Source: Polyangia bacterium (GTDB lineage Bacteria; Myxococcota_A; Polyangia; Fen-1088). From it: 64,000 nucleotides of DNA. Below the pieces are notes generated by a model. That model was not told where the DNA came from, did not search any database, and was given only the letters and a program-made list of their open reading frames with translations. Both the position numbers and the translations under genes were made by a program. Each line of letters begins with the position of its first letter. Position 1 is the stretch's first letter. The stretch spans positions 1,913 through 65,912 of the forward strand of contig DATNDC010000232.1 of the NCBI GenBank assembly GCA_035607055.1, written 5' to 3'. Below, in pieces: positions 45,182 through 56,873 of this stretch.

Positions 45182-46381
45182 ATGAAGTCGCCTGGCCCGG
45201 AGCTCAAGCCCAAGCTGTTGCCCCCCACCGCCGTCGCGGTCGCCGTCGTGGTGGCCGTCGCCCTCGTGGGCGTGGCCCGCTGGGGGCGCTCCGCGCCGCG
45301 TGCCGTGGCCGACCCCGCAGGAGGACGCGTGATGTCGCACCAAAAATACAACAAGCCTTCCGACGCCGACCTGAAGAAGAAGCTGACCGGCGTCCAGTAC
45401 GAGGTGACGCAGAACGCGGCGACCGAGCCGCCGTTCGACAACGCCTACTGGGACAATCACCAGGCGGGGCTCTACGTCGACGTCGCCACGGGGGAGCCGC
45501 TTTTCAGCTCGACCGACAAATTCAACTCCGGCACCGGCTGGCCCAGCTTCACCCGGCCGGTCGAGGCCGGGCGGGTCGTCGATTCGCCCGACGGCTCGCA
45601 TGGGATGGAGCGGACCGAGGTTCGCTCGACGGGCGGCGGGTCGCACCTCGGCCACCTGTTCGACGACGGCCCGGCGCCCACGCACATGCGTTACTGCATC
45701 AACTCGGCGTCGCTGCGCTTCGTCCCGGTCGCCAAGCTGGCGGCCGAGGGGTACGGCGCCTACGCGCCGCTCTTCGCGGCAGGGGGCGCCCAGAGCACGT
45801 CGGCCGCGACCGAGTCATCGTCATCGTCGGCGGCGCGGGCACCCAACACCTGCACGCGGCCGTCCGCCGGCGAGAAGCCCGGCTGCTCGCCCACGCTGGA
45901 GACGGCGATCCTGGCCGGCGGCTGTTTTTGGGGGATGGAGGAGATCCTCCGCCAGATCCCCGGCGTGGTGGAGACGGAGGTCGGGTACGAAGGCGGCAAG
46001 AGCGCGCACCCGACCTACGAGGACGTGCACACCGGCACGACCGGGCACGCCGAGTCGGTGAAGATCGTGTTCGACCCCAAGAAGGTGTCGTACGACGACC
46101 TGCTCGAGAAGTGGTTCTTCCGGATGCACGACCCGACCACCAAGAACCGGCAAGGAAACGACGTCGGCACGCAGTACCGGTCGGCGATCTTCGTGACCTC
46201 GCCCGAGCAGCGGAAGGTCGCGGAGCTGGCGCGCGAGCACGCGCAGAAATCGGGACGCTGGAAGAGCCCCATCGTCACCGAGATCGTCGACGCCGGCCCC
46301 TTCACCCCCGCCGAGCAGTACCACCAGAAGTATCTGGAGAAGAACCCCGGCGGCTACACCTGCCACTACCTCCGCAACTGA
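45182..46381 (+). CDS. msrAB: bifunctional methionine sulfoxide reductase MsrB-MsrA with N-terminal hydrophobic anchor
   Basis: GGAGG SD. N-terminal [21 protein letters not shown]. MsrB motifs GTGWPSF and RYCINSASL. MsrA motif GGCFWGMEE. The two are joined by a Ser-rich linker. Confidence 0.9.
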   Translation: MKSPGPELKPKLLPPTAVAVAVVVAVALVGVARWGRSAPRAVADPAGGRVMSHQKYNKPSDADLKKKLTGVQYEVTQNAATEPPFDNAYWDNHQAGLYVDVATGEPLFSSTDKFNSGTGWPSFTRPVEAGRVVDSPDGSHGMERTEVRSTGGGSHLGHLFDDGPAPTHMRYCINSASLRFVPVAKLAAEGYGAYAPLFAAGGAQSTSAATESSSSSAARAPNTCTRPSAGEKPGCSPTLETAILAGGCFWGMEEILRQIPGVVETEVGYEGGKSAHPTYEDVHTGTTGHAESVKIVFDPKKVSYDDLLEKWFFRMHDPTTKNRQGNDVGTQYRSAIFVTSPEQRKVAELAREHAQKSGRWKSPIVTEIVDAGPFTPAEQYHQKYLEKNPGGYTCHYLRN

Positions 46382-46385
46382 CCGC

Positions 46386-46700
46386 TCATTTCCCTCGGGC
46401 CGCCCCGTCCCCGTCCGCAACGAACGAGAACCCGCGCCCGCGCCCGAGCCTCGGGGCTCGGAACCAGGAGACTCGGCTCATCTCGTCGACGGTGACGGCG
46501 ATCCGCTCGCCGGGCGGGTTCTCGGGCCGCATCGCCTCGAGCTGGGCGAGGACGCACCGGCAGGCAATCACGCCGGCCGTCTCGGCCGTCTTCGCCCGGA
46601 CCCAGCGGATCGCGTAGAAGGCGAGCCGCTCCGCCTTCTGCGTCTCCTCGTCGAGCAGGAACACCGGGCCTCCTCGCAGGAGGACGCGGAATCTCGGCAT
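46386..46700 (-). CDS. hypothetical protein (104 aa)
   Basis: ATG at 46700 with GGGAG just upstream. Non-repetitive sequence (MPRFRVLLRGGPVFLLDEETQKAERLAFYAIRW...). No family recognised. Confidence 0.4.
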   Translation of the reverse strand: MPRFRVLLRGGPVFLLDEETQKAERLAFYAIRWVRAKTAETAGVIACRCVLAQLEAMRPENPPGERIAVTVDEMSRVSWFRAPRLGRGRGFSFVADGDGAARGK

Positions 46701-46800
46701 CAGCTCCCGGCCCCGATCTTACCGGACCCGCACATTTTGTCGCCACCTTTGGGCGGCGCGCACCGATAAGGTTTCGTGACGCCCCGGCCGGTCGCTGCCA

Positions 46801-47697
46801 TTGTCGTCCTCGTTGCCCAGATCTGCGCTTCGCCTGGCTTTCCGGTACCTGCTCGCGGCTGCCGTGTTCCTGGCTCCCGTGCCGGCCTGGGCGGCCGGGA
46901 CGCTGCGGGTCGACTTCATCGACGTGGGCCAGGGGGACGCGGCGCTCGTGACCTCGCCGACGGGGAAGACGGTCCTCATCGACGGCGGGCCGCATCATTC
47001 TGCACCCGCGCTGGCGGCGTTCCTGGCGGCGCACCTGCACGGGCCGATCGACCTGATTCTGCTCACGCACCGGCACGAGGATCATCTGGGCGGGCTCGCG
47101 GAGGCGGTGCGCCGGTTCGGCGTCCACCAATTCCTCGACGCGCCCGTCGAGCACGCCGAGCGCGGGTACGCGACGTTGATGCGGGCGCTCGAGGCGCGCG
47201 GGGCGATCGTCAAGAACGCGACGCGCGGGCGGGTGATCGATCTCGGCGGCGGCGCGCGACTCACGTTGCTCGGGCCTCCCGAGCCGCTCATCACCGGCTC
47301 GCACTCGGACGTGAACGCCAACAGCGTGGTGGCGCGCCTGAGCTACGGCGGGTTCTCGGTCCTGTTGGCGGGCGACGCCGAGGCGCCGACGGAGACCTGG
47401 CTCCTCGGCTCGGGCGCGCCCCTACGCGCCACGGTCTTGAAGGTCGCGCACCACGGCAGCCGGTACGCCTCGTCGGCTCCCTTCCTGCGCGCGGTGGGGG
47501 CGCGGATCGCGGTGGTGAGCGTGGGGGCCGGGAACCGGTACCACCACCCGGCCGCCGCCACGCTGGACCGGCTCGCCCGCGCGGGGGCGACGGTCTATCG
47601 TACCGACATGGACGGCGACGTCACGGTGGAGAGCGACGGCACCTCGGCGCGCGTCCGGACCGGGCGCGGCCAGCGGGAGACGGTGTCGGTGCGATGA
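46801..47697 (+). CDS. secreted metallo-beta-lactamase-fold hydrolase (ComEC C-terminal-domain-like)
   Basis: Signal peptide ...FLAPVPAWAAG. FIDVGQGDAALV. HxHxDH motif THRHEDHLGG. NANSVVARLSYGGFSVLLAGDAE. LKVAHHGS. TTG start. Confidence 0.8.
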   Translation: MSSSLPRSALRLAFRYLLAAAVFLAPVPAWAAGTLRVDFIDVGQGDAALVTSPTGKTVLIDGGPHHSAPALAAFLAAHLHGPIDLILLTHRHEDHLGGLAEAVRRFGVHQFLDAPVEHAERGYATLMRALEARGAIVKNATRGRVIDLGGGARLTLLGPPEPLITGSHSDVNANSVVARLSYGGFSVLLAGDAEAPTETWLLGSGAPLRATVLKVAHHGSRYASSAPFLRAVGARIAVVSVGAGNRYHHPAAATLDRLARAGATVYRTDMDGDVTVESDGTSARVRTGRGQRETVSVR

Positions 47698-47948
47698 CCC
47701 GCCCGCGCGCGGAGCCCGGCGACAGCGACGCCACGCTGCTGTTCGTCGACCAGATCGACGGCGGCTGGGCGCACCTCGTGCTCGGCGAGGAGGCCTTCGA
47801 CGTCCCGGCGCGGCTTCTCCCCGAGGGGACCAAGGAAGGGGCCTGGCTCCGCTGGTCCTTCACCGCCGCCCCGCCGCCGCCGGACGCGGCCTCCGCCATC
47901 CGCCGCAAGCTCCAGCGGGACGACGACGGCGGCGACATCAAGCTCTGA
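47694..47948 (+). CDS. DUF3006-like small protein
   Basis: ATGA overlap with the MBL stop (47694-47697). LFVDQIDGGWAHLVLGEEAFDVPARLLPEGTKEGAWL resembles DUF3006, which to my knowledge often accompanies ComEC-like MBL proteins. Confidence 0.6.
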   Translation: MTRPRAEPGDSDATLLFVDQIDGGWAHLVLGEEAFDVPARLLPEGTKEGAWLRWSFTAAPPPPDAASAIRRKLQRDDDGGDIKL

Positions 47949-47980
47949 CGCCGGCGCGGCTGCGCGTCCTGGGACTTCGC

Positions 47981-49366
47981 CTACTGGAACTTGATGTTGT
48001 CGATGCGTAGCTCGACGGTGCAGGTTCCGGCGCCGCTGTTGGCGGAGTTCACCTGCCACTGGATGCCGGTGAGCTGGGTGGGCGTGGCGATCGGCGAGCT
48101 GGACGGATTGTTGAACAGCGTGAAGCCCTCGGTGTAGGCCGTGGCGGTCGCGGTGGGGGCGGTGAGGGTGGCCGTCGGGTAGCGGTAGCAGCTGGCCCCG
48201 GCGTCGGGGTTGCAGGTGCCGCCGCTCGGGCTGGTGGCGCTCGTCGGGCGCTGGTCCTGCGTCTGGAGCTGCACCTGCCACGAGCAGCCGGTCATGCTGC
48301 CGGCGGTGAGCGAGGCGGTGAACGAGACCGACGCGAACGTCGACGCGTTCACGCACGAATCGAAGGTCAGGCCGCCGCCGGCGTAGCCCTGCGCACCGAC
48401 GGTGAGGTTCAGCTTCAAGTTCTGGGCGGTGGTGTCGACGGTGGCGGCGCCCATCGACGGTGTCGCCCCGGAGTATGAGAAGATCGTACCGCGGAGCCCG
48501 TCGGCGTCGCACCACTTGCCGCTCGACATGTTCCATTCGGGCGTCGAGAAGTCGGCGACATGGCCGTCGGCGAGCGTGAGCGCGCCCGAGCCCGAGCAGT
48601 TGAGCACGCCGCCGAGCGGGCAGACGTTGGCGCCGCTCCCCGCCGCCCCGCCCGTGCCTGTCGCGCCGCCCGTGCCCGTCGCGCCGCCGGTCCCCTTTAC
48701 GCCGCCCGTGCCGGTGGTGCCCCCTGTTCCCGTCGTGCCCCCCGTGCCGGTGGTGCCGCCGGTTCCCTTGATCCCGCCCGTACCGGTCGTACCGCCCGTG
48801 CCTGTCGCGCCGCCCGTGCCGGTCGCGCCGCCCGTGCCTGTCGCGCCGCCGGTCCCCTTGATGCCGCCTGTGCCGGTGGTGCCCCCTGTGCCGGTGGTGC
48901 CGCCGGTCCCCTTGATCCCGCCGGTGCCGGTCGTGCCGCCCGTACCGGTGGTGCCGTCGGTCCCCTTGATCCCGCCGGTTCCCGTCGTACCGCCGGTTCC
49001 CGTCGTGCCCCCTGTGCCGGTCGCGCCGCCCGTGCCGGTGGTGCCACCGGTGCCCGTGGCGCCGCCCGTTGCAGCGTTGCCGCCGCTTCCGGTCGCGCCG
49101 CCCACGCCGGCATGGCCGCCGGCCGATCCCGCCATGCCGCCCGAGCCCACCGCCGACGTGCCGCCGCTTCCCGAGCCGGTGTGTCCGCCGGTCGCTCGAG
49201 AGCCGCCGCTCCCGAGGCCCCCGTCGTCGACCTGGAAGTCCGGCGCCTGCATCCCGCGGTTCGCGCAGGCACCCGTGCCGAGCGCGAGCGAGCACGCCAG
49301 CAGCGGCAGCCAGGACGGCCGCGCAGCCACGGGTGCTCGGCGCGAAGGACGGGGGGCCATCGGCAT
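47981..49366 (-). CDS. lipoprotein with 48-triplet Gly-X-Y repeat region and C-terminal beta-rich (carbohydrate-binding-module-like) domain
   Basis: Signal/lipobox ...[13 protein letters not shown]. Residues 102-245 are uninterrupted GXY triplets ([12 protein letters not shown] ...). The C-terminal ~215 aa contain paired Cys and end [14 protein letters not shown]. Confidence 0.7.
   Translation of the reverse strand: MPMAPRPSRRAPVAARPSWLPLLACSLALGTGACANRGMQAPDFQVDDGGLGSGGSRATGGHTGSGSGGTSAVGSGGMAGSAGGHAGVGGATGSGGNAATGGATGTGGTTGTGGATGTGGTTGTGGTTGTGGIKGTDGTTGTGGTTGTGGIKGTGGTTGTGGTTGTGGIKGTGGATGTGGATGTGGATGTGGTTGTGGIKGTGGTTGTGGTTGTGGTTGTGGVKGTGGATGTGGATGTGGAAGSGANVCPLGGVLNCSGSGALTLADGHVADFSTPEWNMSSGKWCDADGLRGTIFSYSGATPSMGAATVDTTAQNLKLNLTVGAQGYAGGGLTFDSCVNASTFASVSFTASLTAGSMTGCSWQVQLQTQDQRPTSATSPSGGTCNPDAGASCYRYPTATLTAPTATATAYTEGFTLFNNPSSSPIATPTQLTGIQWQVNSANSGAGTCTVELRIDNIKFQ
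48632..49063 (-). repeat. 432-bp coding tandem repeat (18-bp hexapeptide units, higher-order units marked by GIK/GVK)
   Basis: Derived from residue counting of the track translation. Units TGGTTG / TGGATG / TGGIKG repeat. The opposite strand reads as PPVPVV repeats in track ORF 48402..49376. Confidence 0.85.
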
Positions 49367-49614
49367 AGAGTTTTAACCAATACTGGATGCCCGCAATTCG
49401 ATAAACGGATCAGCTCGCCGGCCGGGATTGTTCGAGGGGCATGCGGCGGCGCGGCTGTCGCCAGGTGAGGCGTCGAACCGGCGGGTCGGCGGCCTCCTCC
49501 ATCGCCGGGCCGTGTGCCGCCGAGCAGCGGGTAGGGCCCGGAAACGATAGAAGAATCCGGGACCTCGGGTGGCGCCGCTATAGTCCGGATGGGACGGTCC
49601 GATATCATCGCGAC

Positions 49615-49893
49615 ATGCGGTCGGCAATGGCCTTGTCGGCGCGGGGGCGGTTCTCATCGCGTTGGCCGTGGGGGGAGGCGGCGCGCTGCCTGCAGGCGGG
49701 GCAGCGCCTGCCGGCCGCCGAGAAGGCGCTGGCCGCCGTCTTCGGCGAGGACACGCAGGCGGTCGTCGAGAACGTGACCCGGCCGCGCGCGGACGAGCGG
49801 CGACCGGAAGAGGCGCCGGGCTCGAAGGCCGCGCCACCCGCCAAGCCCGAGATCGAGGAAGTTCCGCGAACGGGCAGGGGTGAATCGATCTAG
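49615..49893 (+). CDS. possible small hypothetical protein (92 aa)
   Basis: An internal ATG of track ORF 49441..49893. From this point third-codon positions become strongly G/C, whereas upstream codons include aga, gat, tat and agt. No SD seen and no family recognised. Confidence 0.3.
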   Translation: MRSAMALSARGRFSSRWPWGEAARCLQAGQRLPAAEKALAAVFGEDTQAVVENVTRPRADERRPEEAPGSKAAPPAKPEIEEVPRTGRGESI

Positions 49894-49918
49894 CCGGCCA
49901 GTGGGAACCGGCCAGGAC

Positions 49919-50395
49919 TCAGTCGGTCGGGGACGTCGCCTGGGTGCCGTCGGCGAGGCCTTTGATCTTTTGGTGGACGGCGCCCAAGGCCCTGTAGTTT
50001 TGCTCCAGTGACACCACGCGGATGTTCTCGACGCTGTAGTCGCCGCCGAGGACCGGCAATTGAACGTAGCTGTAACACTGGCCCGGCCCGAGCGTGACGC
50101 CCGCGGCGACCAGATCGTCCACCAGTGGGATCATCAGCCAGTCGTTGGCGTTGCCGATGTCGTCCATGGCCTCGGAGAACGCCTCGCGGCTCTCGGCCAG
50201 CGCCTCCAGCGCGCCGGTCCCCACGTCCAGCTTCTGGACGCTGTCGTCGTCGAGGACGATGAAGAGGTCCCCGAACCGGTTGGCGAACCACAAGGTGAAC
50301 TCGGCCGGGAGCAACCAGGCCCAACTGGCCAAAAGATCGCCCCAGTCGAGTCCGTCGGGGTCGAGCGTGTAGTCATCCAGCTTGAGTATCGGCAT
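49919..50395 (-). CDS. DUF1851 / Tdi1 C-terminal-like (T6SS DNase-immunity family) protein
   Basis: WLLPAEFTLWFANRFGDLFIV ... GQCYSYVQLPVLGGDYSVENIRVVSLEQ matches my recollection of the DUF1851 pattern (FGD..., C-aromatic-x-Y-V/P...LGG....EN). 158 aa. Confidence 0.55.
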   Translation of the reverse strand: MPILKLDDYTLDPDGLDWGDLLASWAWLLPAEFTLWFANRFGDLFIVLDDDSVQKLDVGTGALEALAESREAFSEAMDDIGNANDWLMIPLVDDLVAAGVTLGPGQCYSYVQLPVLGGDYSVENIRVVSLEQNYRALGAVHQKIKGLADGTQATSPTD

Positions 50396-50490
50396 GGAAA
50401 TCCACCGTCACCTTCACCTTGAATCTGGGTCGCCGAGGTGGCGGGTCAAATCTTCGGGCTCGGCCGCGACGCGCTCCCGCCGCGCGAGCC

Positions 50491-50685
50491 TCAGTGCTCT
50501 CCGTCGGCGGCCTCGATCTTTCGGACGACCATCGCGATGGTCGGGGCGTCGACGTCGGCGCTCCTCATGAGCAAGGTGGCCCGAGCGACGTCGTCGGCGT
50601 CGATGGCGTCGAAAAATTCCTCGACGCGCCCGATGGCGGCGAGCTGCTCCAGGACCAGGGTGCCTTCGAAGTCGCTTTCGTCCAT
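50491..50685 (-). CDS. small acidic hypothetical protein (64 aa)
   Basis: The ATG at 50685 (the track starts one codon earlier, at GTG 50688) is preceded by AAGGAGA at about 7 nt. Sequence MDESDFEGTLVLEQLAAIGRVEEFFDAIDADDVARATLL... Lies upstream of the DUF1851 gene on the same strand. Confidence 0.55.
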   Translation of the reverse strand: MDESDFEGTLVLEQLAAIGRVEEFFDAIDADDVARATLLMRSADVDAPTIAMVVRKIEAADGEH

Positions 50686-50805
50686 CACGCATTCTCCTTT
50701 TCGCGGGCCGCGGGGACGACGCGCTCCGTCGGACCTCTCTCAAGCCGGGCGGCGATTCTGCCGACATCGTGTCATTCGACCGCACGTGTCGGAGGGGGAA
50801 TCGAC

Positions 50806-51939
50806 GTGAAGGTCAACCGCTCGGTCTGGTCACCGTCCTCGGGGTGGGCGCACGAGGAGGGTGGTGCCGCCGGCAACGACGTGGATCTGGCGCTGGTGTT
50901 CGGCGCGACGGCGCCGATGATCGAGGCGCGTCTGGCCGACGTCCGCGGCCGCTACCCGAACGCCTACGTCTGTGGAGGCTCGACGGCCGGCGAGATCGTC
51001 GGCAAGGAGGTGCGCGACGACTCCGTCGTGGTGACGGCGATCGAGCTGGAGAAGACCGAGCTGCGCACCGCCGAGGTCACCGTCGCCAGCGCGGACGAGA
51101 GCCTGGCGGCCGGGCAGAAGCTGGCGGCCAGCATCCCCCACGCGGGCCTGGTGCACACCTTCGTCCTGGCCGACGGCCTGGCGGTCAACGGCACCGAGCT
51201 GGTCCGGGGGCTCTGCGCCGGGCTCCCCGCGGGCGTGGCCGCCACGGGCGGGCGCGCCGGCGACGGCGAGCGCTTCGCTCACACCTTCGTCTGCGCCGGC
51301 GACTCGGTGGCCGAGCGCCGCGCTCTGCTGCTCGGCTTCTACGGCGACCATCTCCGCGTCGGCTACAGCTCGAGGGGGGGATGGGATCCCTTCGGGCCCG
51401 AGCGGCGGATCACCCGCGCCTCGCGCAACGTGCTCTACGACCTCGACGGCGAGAGCGCGCTGGCGCTCTACAAACGGTACCTGGGCGAGCACGCCAAGGA
51501 CCTGCCGGCGAGCGGCCTCATGTTCCCGCTGACGGTGCGCGATCCGCAGAGCGGCGAGAGCGTGACCCGGGCGGTGGTCGCCATCGACGAGGCGACGCAG
51601 AGCATGACCTTCGCGGGCGACGTCCCGGAAGGGGCGTTCGTGCGTCTCATGCACGCGAACTTCGATCGGCTGGTCGACGGCGCCTGCGCCGCGGGCCGGG
51701 CCAGCCGGCAGATGCTCGGCGTCCCGGCCGAGCTGGCCATCGTGGTGAGCTGCATCGGGCGCAAGATGCTCCTCAAGCAGCGGGTCGAGGAGGAGGTGGA
51801 GGGGGTGATCGAGGCGCTCGGCCCGGGCGTCCACACGATGGGCTTCTACGCCTACGGCGAGCTGTCGCCGGCGGCGCCCGGCGCGGCCTGCACTCTCCAC
51901 AACCAGTCGATGACGGTCACGTTGTTCGCCGAGGTCTAG
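50806..51939 (+). CDS. FIST-domain sensory protein
   Basis: The GTG at 50806 is preceded by GGAGGGGG. ~377 aa with FIST_N/FIST_C-like organisation (…VCGGSTAGEI…, …IVVSCIGRKMLL…FYAYGELSP). The track ORF part upstream of 50806 is rejected. Confidence 0.6.
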   Translation: MKVNRSVWSPSSGWAHEEGGAAGNDVDLALVFGATAPMIEARLADVRGRYPNAYVCGGSTAGEIVGKEVRDDSVVVTAIELEKTELRTAEVTVASADESLAAGQKLAASIPHAGLVHTFVLADGLAVNGTELVRGLCAGLPAGVAATGGRAGDGERFAHTFVCAGDSVAERRALLLGFYGDHLRVGYSSRGGWDPFGPERRITRASRNVLYDLDGESALALYKRYLGEHAKDLPASGLMFPLTVRDPQSGESVTRAVVAIDEATQSMTFAGDVPEGAFVRLMHANFDRLVDGACAAGRASRQMLGVPAELAIVVSCIGRKMLLKQRVEEEVEGVIEALGPGVHTMGFYAYGELSPAAPGAACTLHNQSMTVTLFAEV

Positions 51940-51972
51940 GCGCGCCGGCCACGCGTATCAGGGGGGCCGATC

Positions 51973-53943
51973 ATGTCGAACATCCACAGACTGCTGGAGC
52001 GCCAGCTGCGGAAGCACCTTCGCGGCGAGCCCGGCCCCGAGCTCCAGCGCCTCTTGCAGGCGGTGAACGACGCCTATCAGCAACAGGACCAGGACCGCCA
52101 GCTGGTCGAGCGGGCCATGGAGCTCGCCTCGCAGGAGCTCTACGAGCGCAACCGCGCGCTGGGGGCGGCCCAGGAGCTGCTTCTGGCCGAGGTCGAGCAA
52201 CGCAAGCGCACCGAGTACCGGTACACGCTGGCGGCCCAGGGGGCCAACGACGGGCTCTGGGACTGGAACGTCGACACCGGCCGCGTCTACTACTCGCCGC
52301 GCTGGAAGGCGATGCTGGGATACGAAGAGGGCGAGGTCGGCGACGGGCTCGCTGAATGGCTGGACCGGGTGCACGCCGACGATCTGCCGCGGCTGCGCGC
52401 CGACATCGACGCGCACCTGCGGCGCGAGAACGAGAACCTCTCGTCGGAGTTTCGCATCCGCCACCGCGACGGCCGCTACCGCTGGGTGCTGTGCCGGGGG
52501 ATCGCGGTCAACGACCCCGAACGCAACACGCTGCGGGCGGCCGGCTCGCTGACCAACATCACCGACCGCAAGCTGGCCGAGGAGCAGCTGCACTTCGAGG
52601 CGATGCACGACTCGCTCACCGGCCTCGCCAACCGGAGCCTGCTGGCCGACCGCCTGACGCACAGCCTGGCGCGCTGCAACCGGGATCCGGAGAACCGGTT
52701 CGCGTTGCTCTTCATCGATCTCGACGAGTTCAAGGTGATCAACGACAGCCTGGGCCACCAGGTGGGCGACAAGCTGCTCATCGAGGTGGCGCGGCGCCTG
52801 TCGGCCTGCGCGCGCAAGGTCGACACCATCGCCCGCATCCCCGCCGACCACGTGGCGCGCATCGGCGGCGACGAGTTCGTGATGTTGCTCGAGGACCTGG
52901 CCAGGCCCGAGGACGCGCTGCGGGTGGCCGAGCGCGTGCACAGCGCGCTGGCGGAGCCGTTCGGCCTGGGGGTTCACGAGCTGGTCGCGCGTGGAAGCAT
53001 CGGCATCGCCACCAGCGGCCCGGCCTACAGCCGCCCCGACGAGGTCCTGCGCGACGCCGACATCGCGCTCTACCAGGCCAAGCAGGCCGGCAAGAGCTGC
53101 ACCTGCATGTTCGATCCGCAGATGCACGAGCGCGCCATGGCCCGCTGGTCGACGGAGATGGAGCTCCGCCACGCCATCGAGCGCGACGAGTTCGAGATCC
53201 ACTACCAGCCGATCGTCGACGGCGCCGGACGGCTGGCGGCGCTGGAGGCGCTGGTGCGCTGGCGCCACCCGGTCCGCGGGATGGTGCCGCCCGACGCGTT
53301 CATCCCCATCGCCGAGGAGACGGGCCTCATCGTGCCGCTCGGGAAGCTGGTGTTGACCCACGCCTGCCGGCAGCTGAAACGCTGGCAGCGCGAGATCCCG
53401 TCGTTCGCCGAGATGGCCGTGGGGGTGAACATCTCCCACCGCCAGTTCGTCTCCCCCGCGGTGGTCGACGACATCGCCCGCATCCTCCAGGAGACCGAGC
53501 TGGCGCCGCAGAACCTGAAGCTCGAGGTCACGGAGTCCGCGGCGATGCAGAACGCCGCGCAGACCATCGAGACGATGGCCCGACTGCGCGCCATGGGCGT
53601 CCTCATCTACATGGACGACTTCGGCACCGGCTATTCGTCGCTGAGCCAGCTCCAGCGGATGCCGCTCGACGCGCTCAAGATCGACCGCGCCTTCGTCAAG
53701 GACATGAACAACGACGAGATCAGCCGCTCGATCGTCGAATCGATCATCGCGCTCGCCCACACCATGCGCCTGCGGGTGATCGCCGAGGGCGTCGAGACGG
53801 CCGACCAGGCTGCGCGCCTGGCGGAGTCGGGCTGCGACTACCTGCAGGGCTACTACTTTGGCCGGCCGATGCCGGTGGAGCGGGTGGCGGGTTTCGTCGA
53901 GGGTCTCGCCGCGCCCACCACGCCGCGCGCGGCCGCCCTGTAG
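51973..53943 (+). CDS. coiled-coil / PAS / GGDEF / EAL c-di-GMP turnover protein
   Basis: PAS segment (NDGLWDWNVDTGRVYYSPRWKAMLGY). GGDEF motif RIGGDEF. EAL motifs LEALVRW and DDFGTGYSSLSQL. SD AGGGGGG upstream of the ATG. Confidence 0.9.
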   Translation: MSNIHRLLERQLRKHLRGEPGPELQRLLQAVNDAYQQQDQDRQLVERAMELASQELYERNRALGAAQELLLAEVEQRKRTEYRYTLAAQGANDGLWDWNVDTGRVYYSPRWKAMLGYEEGEVGDGLAEWLDRVHADDLPRLRADIDAHLRRENENLSSEFRIRHRDGRYRWVLCRGIAVNDPERNTLRAAGSLTNITDRKLAEEQLHFEAMHDSLTGLANRSLLADRLTHSLARCNRDPENRFALLFIDLDEFKVINDSLGHQVGDKLLIEVARRLSACARKVDTIARIPADHVARIGGDEFVMLLEDLARPEDALRVAERVHSALAEPFGLGVHELVARGSIGIATSGPAYSRPDEVLRDADIALYQAKQAGKSCTCMFDPQMHERAMARWSTEMELRHAIERDEFEIHYQPIVDGAGRLAALEALVRWRHPVRGMVPPDAFIPIAEETGLIVPLGKLVLTHACRQLKRWQREIPSFAEMAVGVNISHRQFVSPAVVDDIARILQETELAPQNLKLEVTESAAMQNAAQTIETMARLRAMGVLIYMDDFGTGYSSLSQLQRMPLDALKIDRAFVKDMNNDEISRSIVESIIALAHTMRLRVIAEGVETADQAARLAESGCDYLQGYYFGRPMPVERVAGFVEGLAAPTTPRAAAL

Positions 53944-54124
53944 CTGCCTGACCGCGATCGCGTAACCGCACCGGGCTGCATCGCGCTCTCGCAGGCCGCG
54001 AGGACTCCGCTGGCCGCTGACTCGGCCAGCAACGCGCCCGGCGACGCCCCGCCTGCCCCGCCGTCGATAACGCCTCCGTCACGTTCCAGTAGCAGTCATC
54101 GTCGCGGGCGCCCGCCGGGCCGTT

Positions 54125-56815
<2,691 letters not shown>

Positions 56816-56873
56816 CGCTTTTCACATGTCACGAACGGCGCGTCGTGACCAGCGTCCGATTGTCAATTCAGGG

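Noticed and set aside
43082-49063. The possibility that the 12-bp (43082-43148) or 18-bp (48632-49063) repeat arrays are CRISPR-like
   Set aside because: The units are contiguous with no spacers, far shorter than CRISPR repeats, in frame within coding genes, and no cas genes are present.
47595-49468. ORFs reading the Gly/Thr repeat in other frames or on the other strand (47595..49295 -, 48402..49376 + PPVPVV repeats, 48560..49468 +)
   Set aside because: They are by-products of the GGC/ACC-type repeat. Only the frame with a lipoprotein signal and a non-repetitive C-terminal domain is credible.
54009-54030. Hairpin gctggccg-ctgact-cggccagc between the convergent EAL gene and ppc, as a terminator
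   Set aside because: The stem is only 8 bp and no U-tract follows on either strand. The evidence is too weak to list as a feature.
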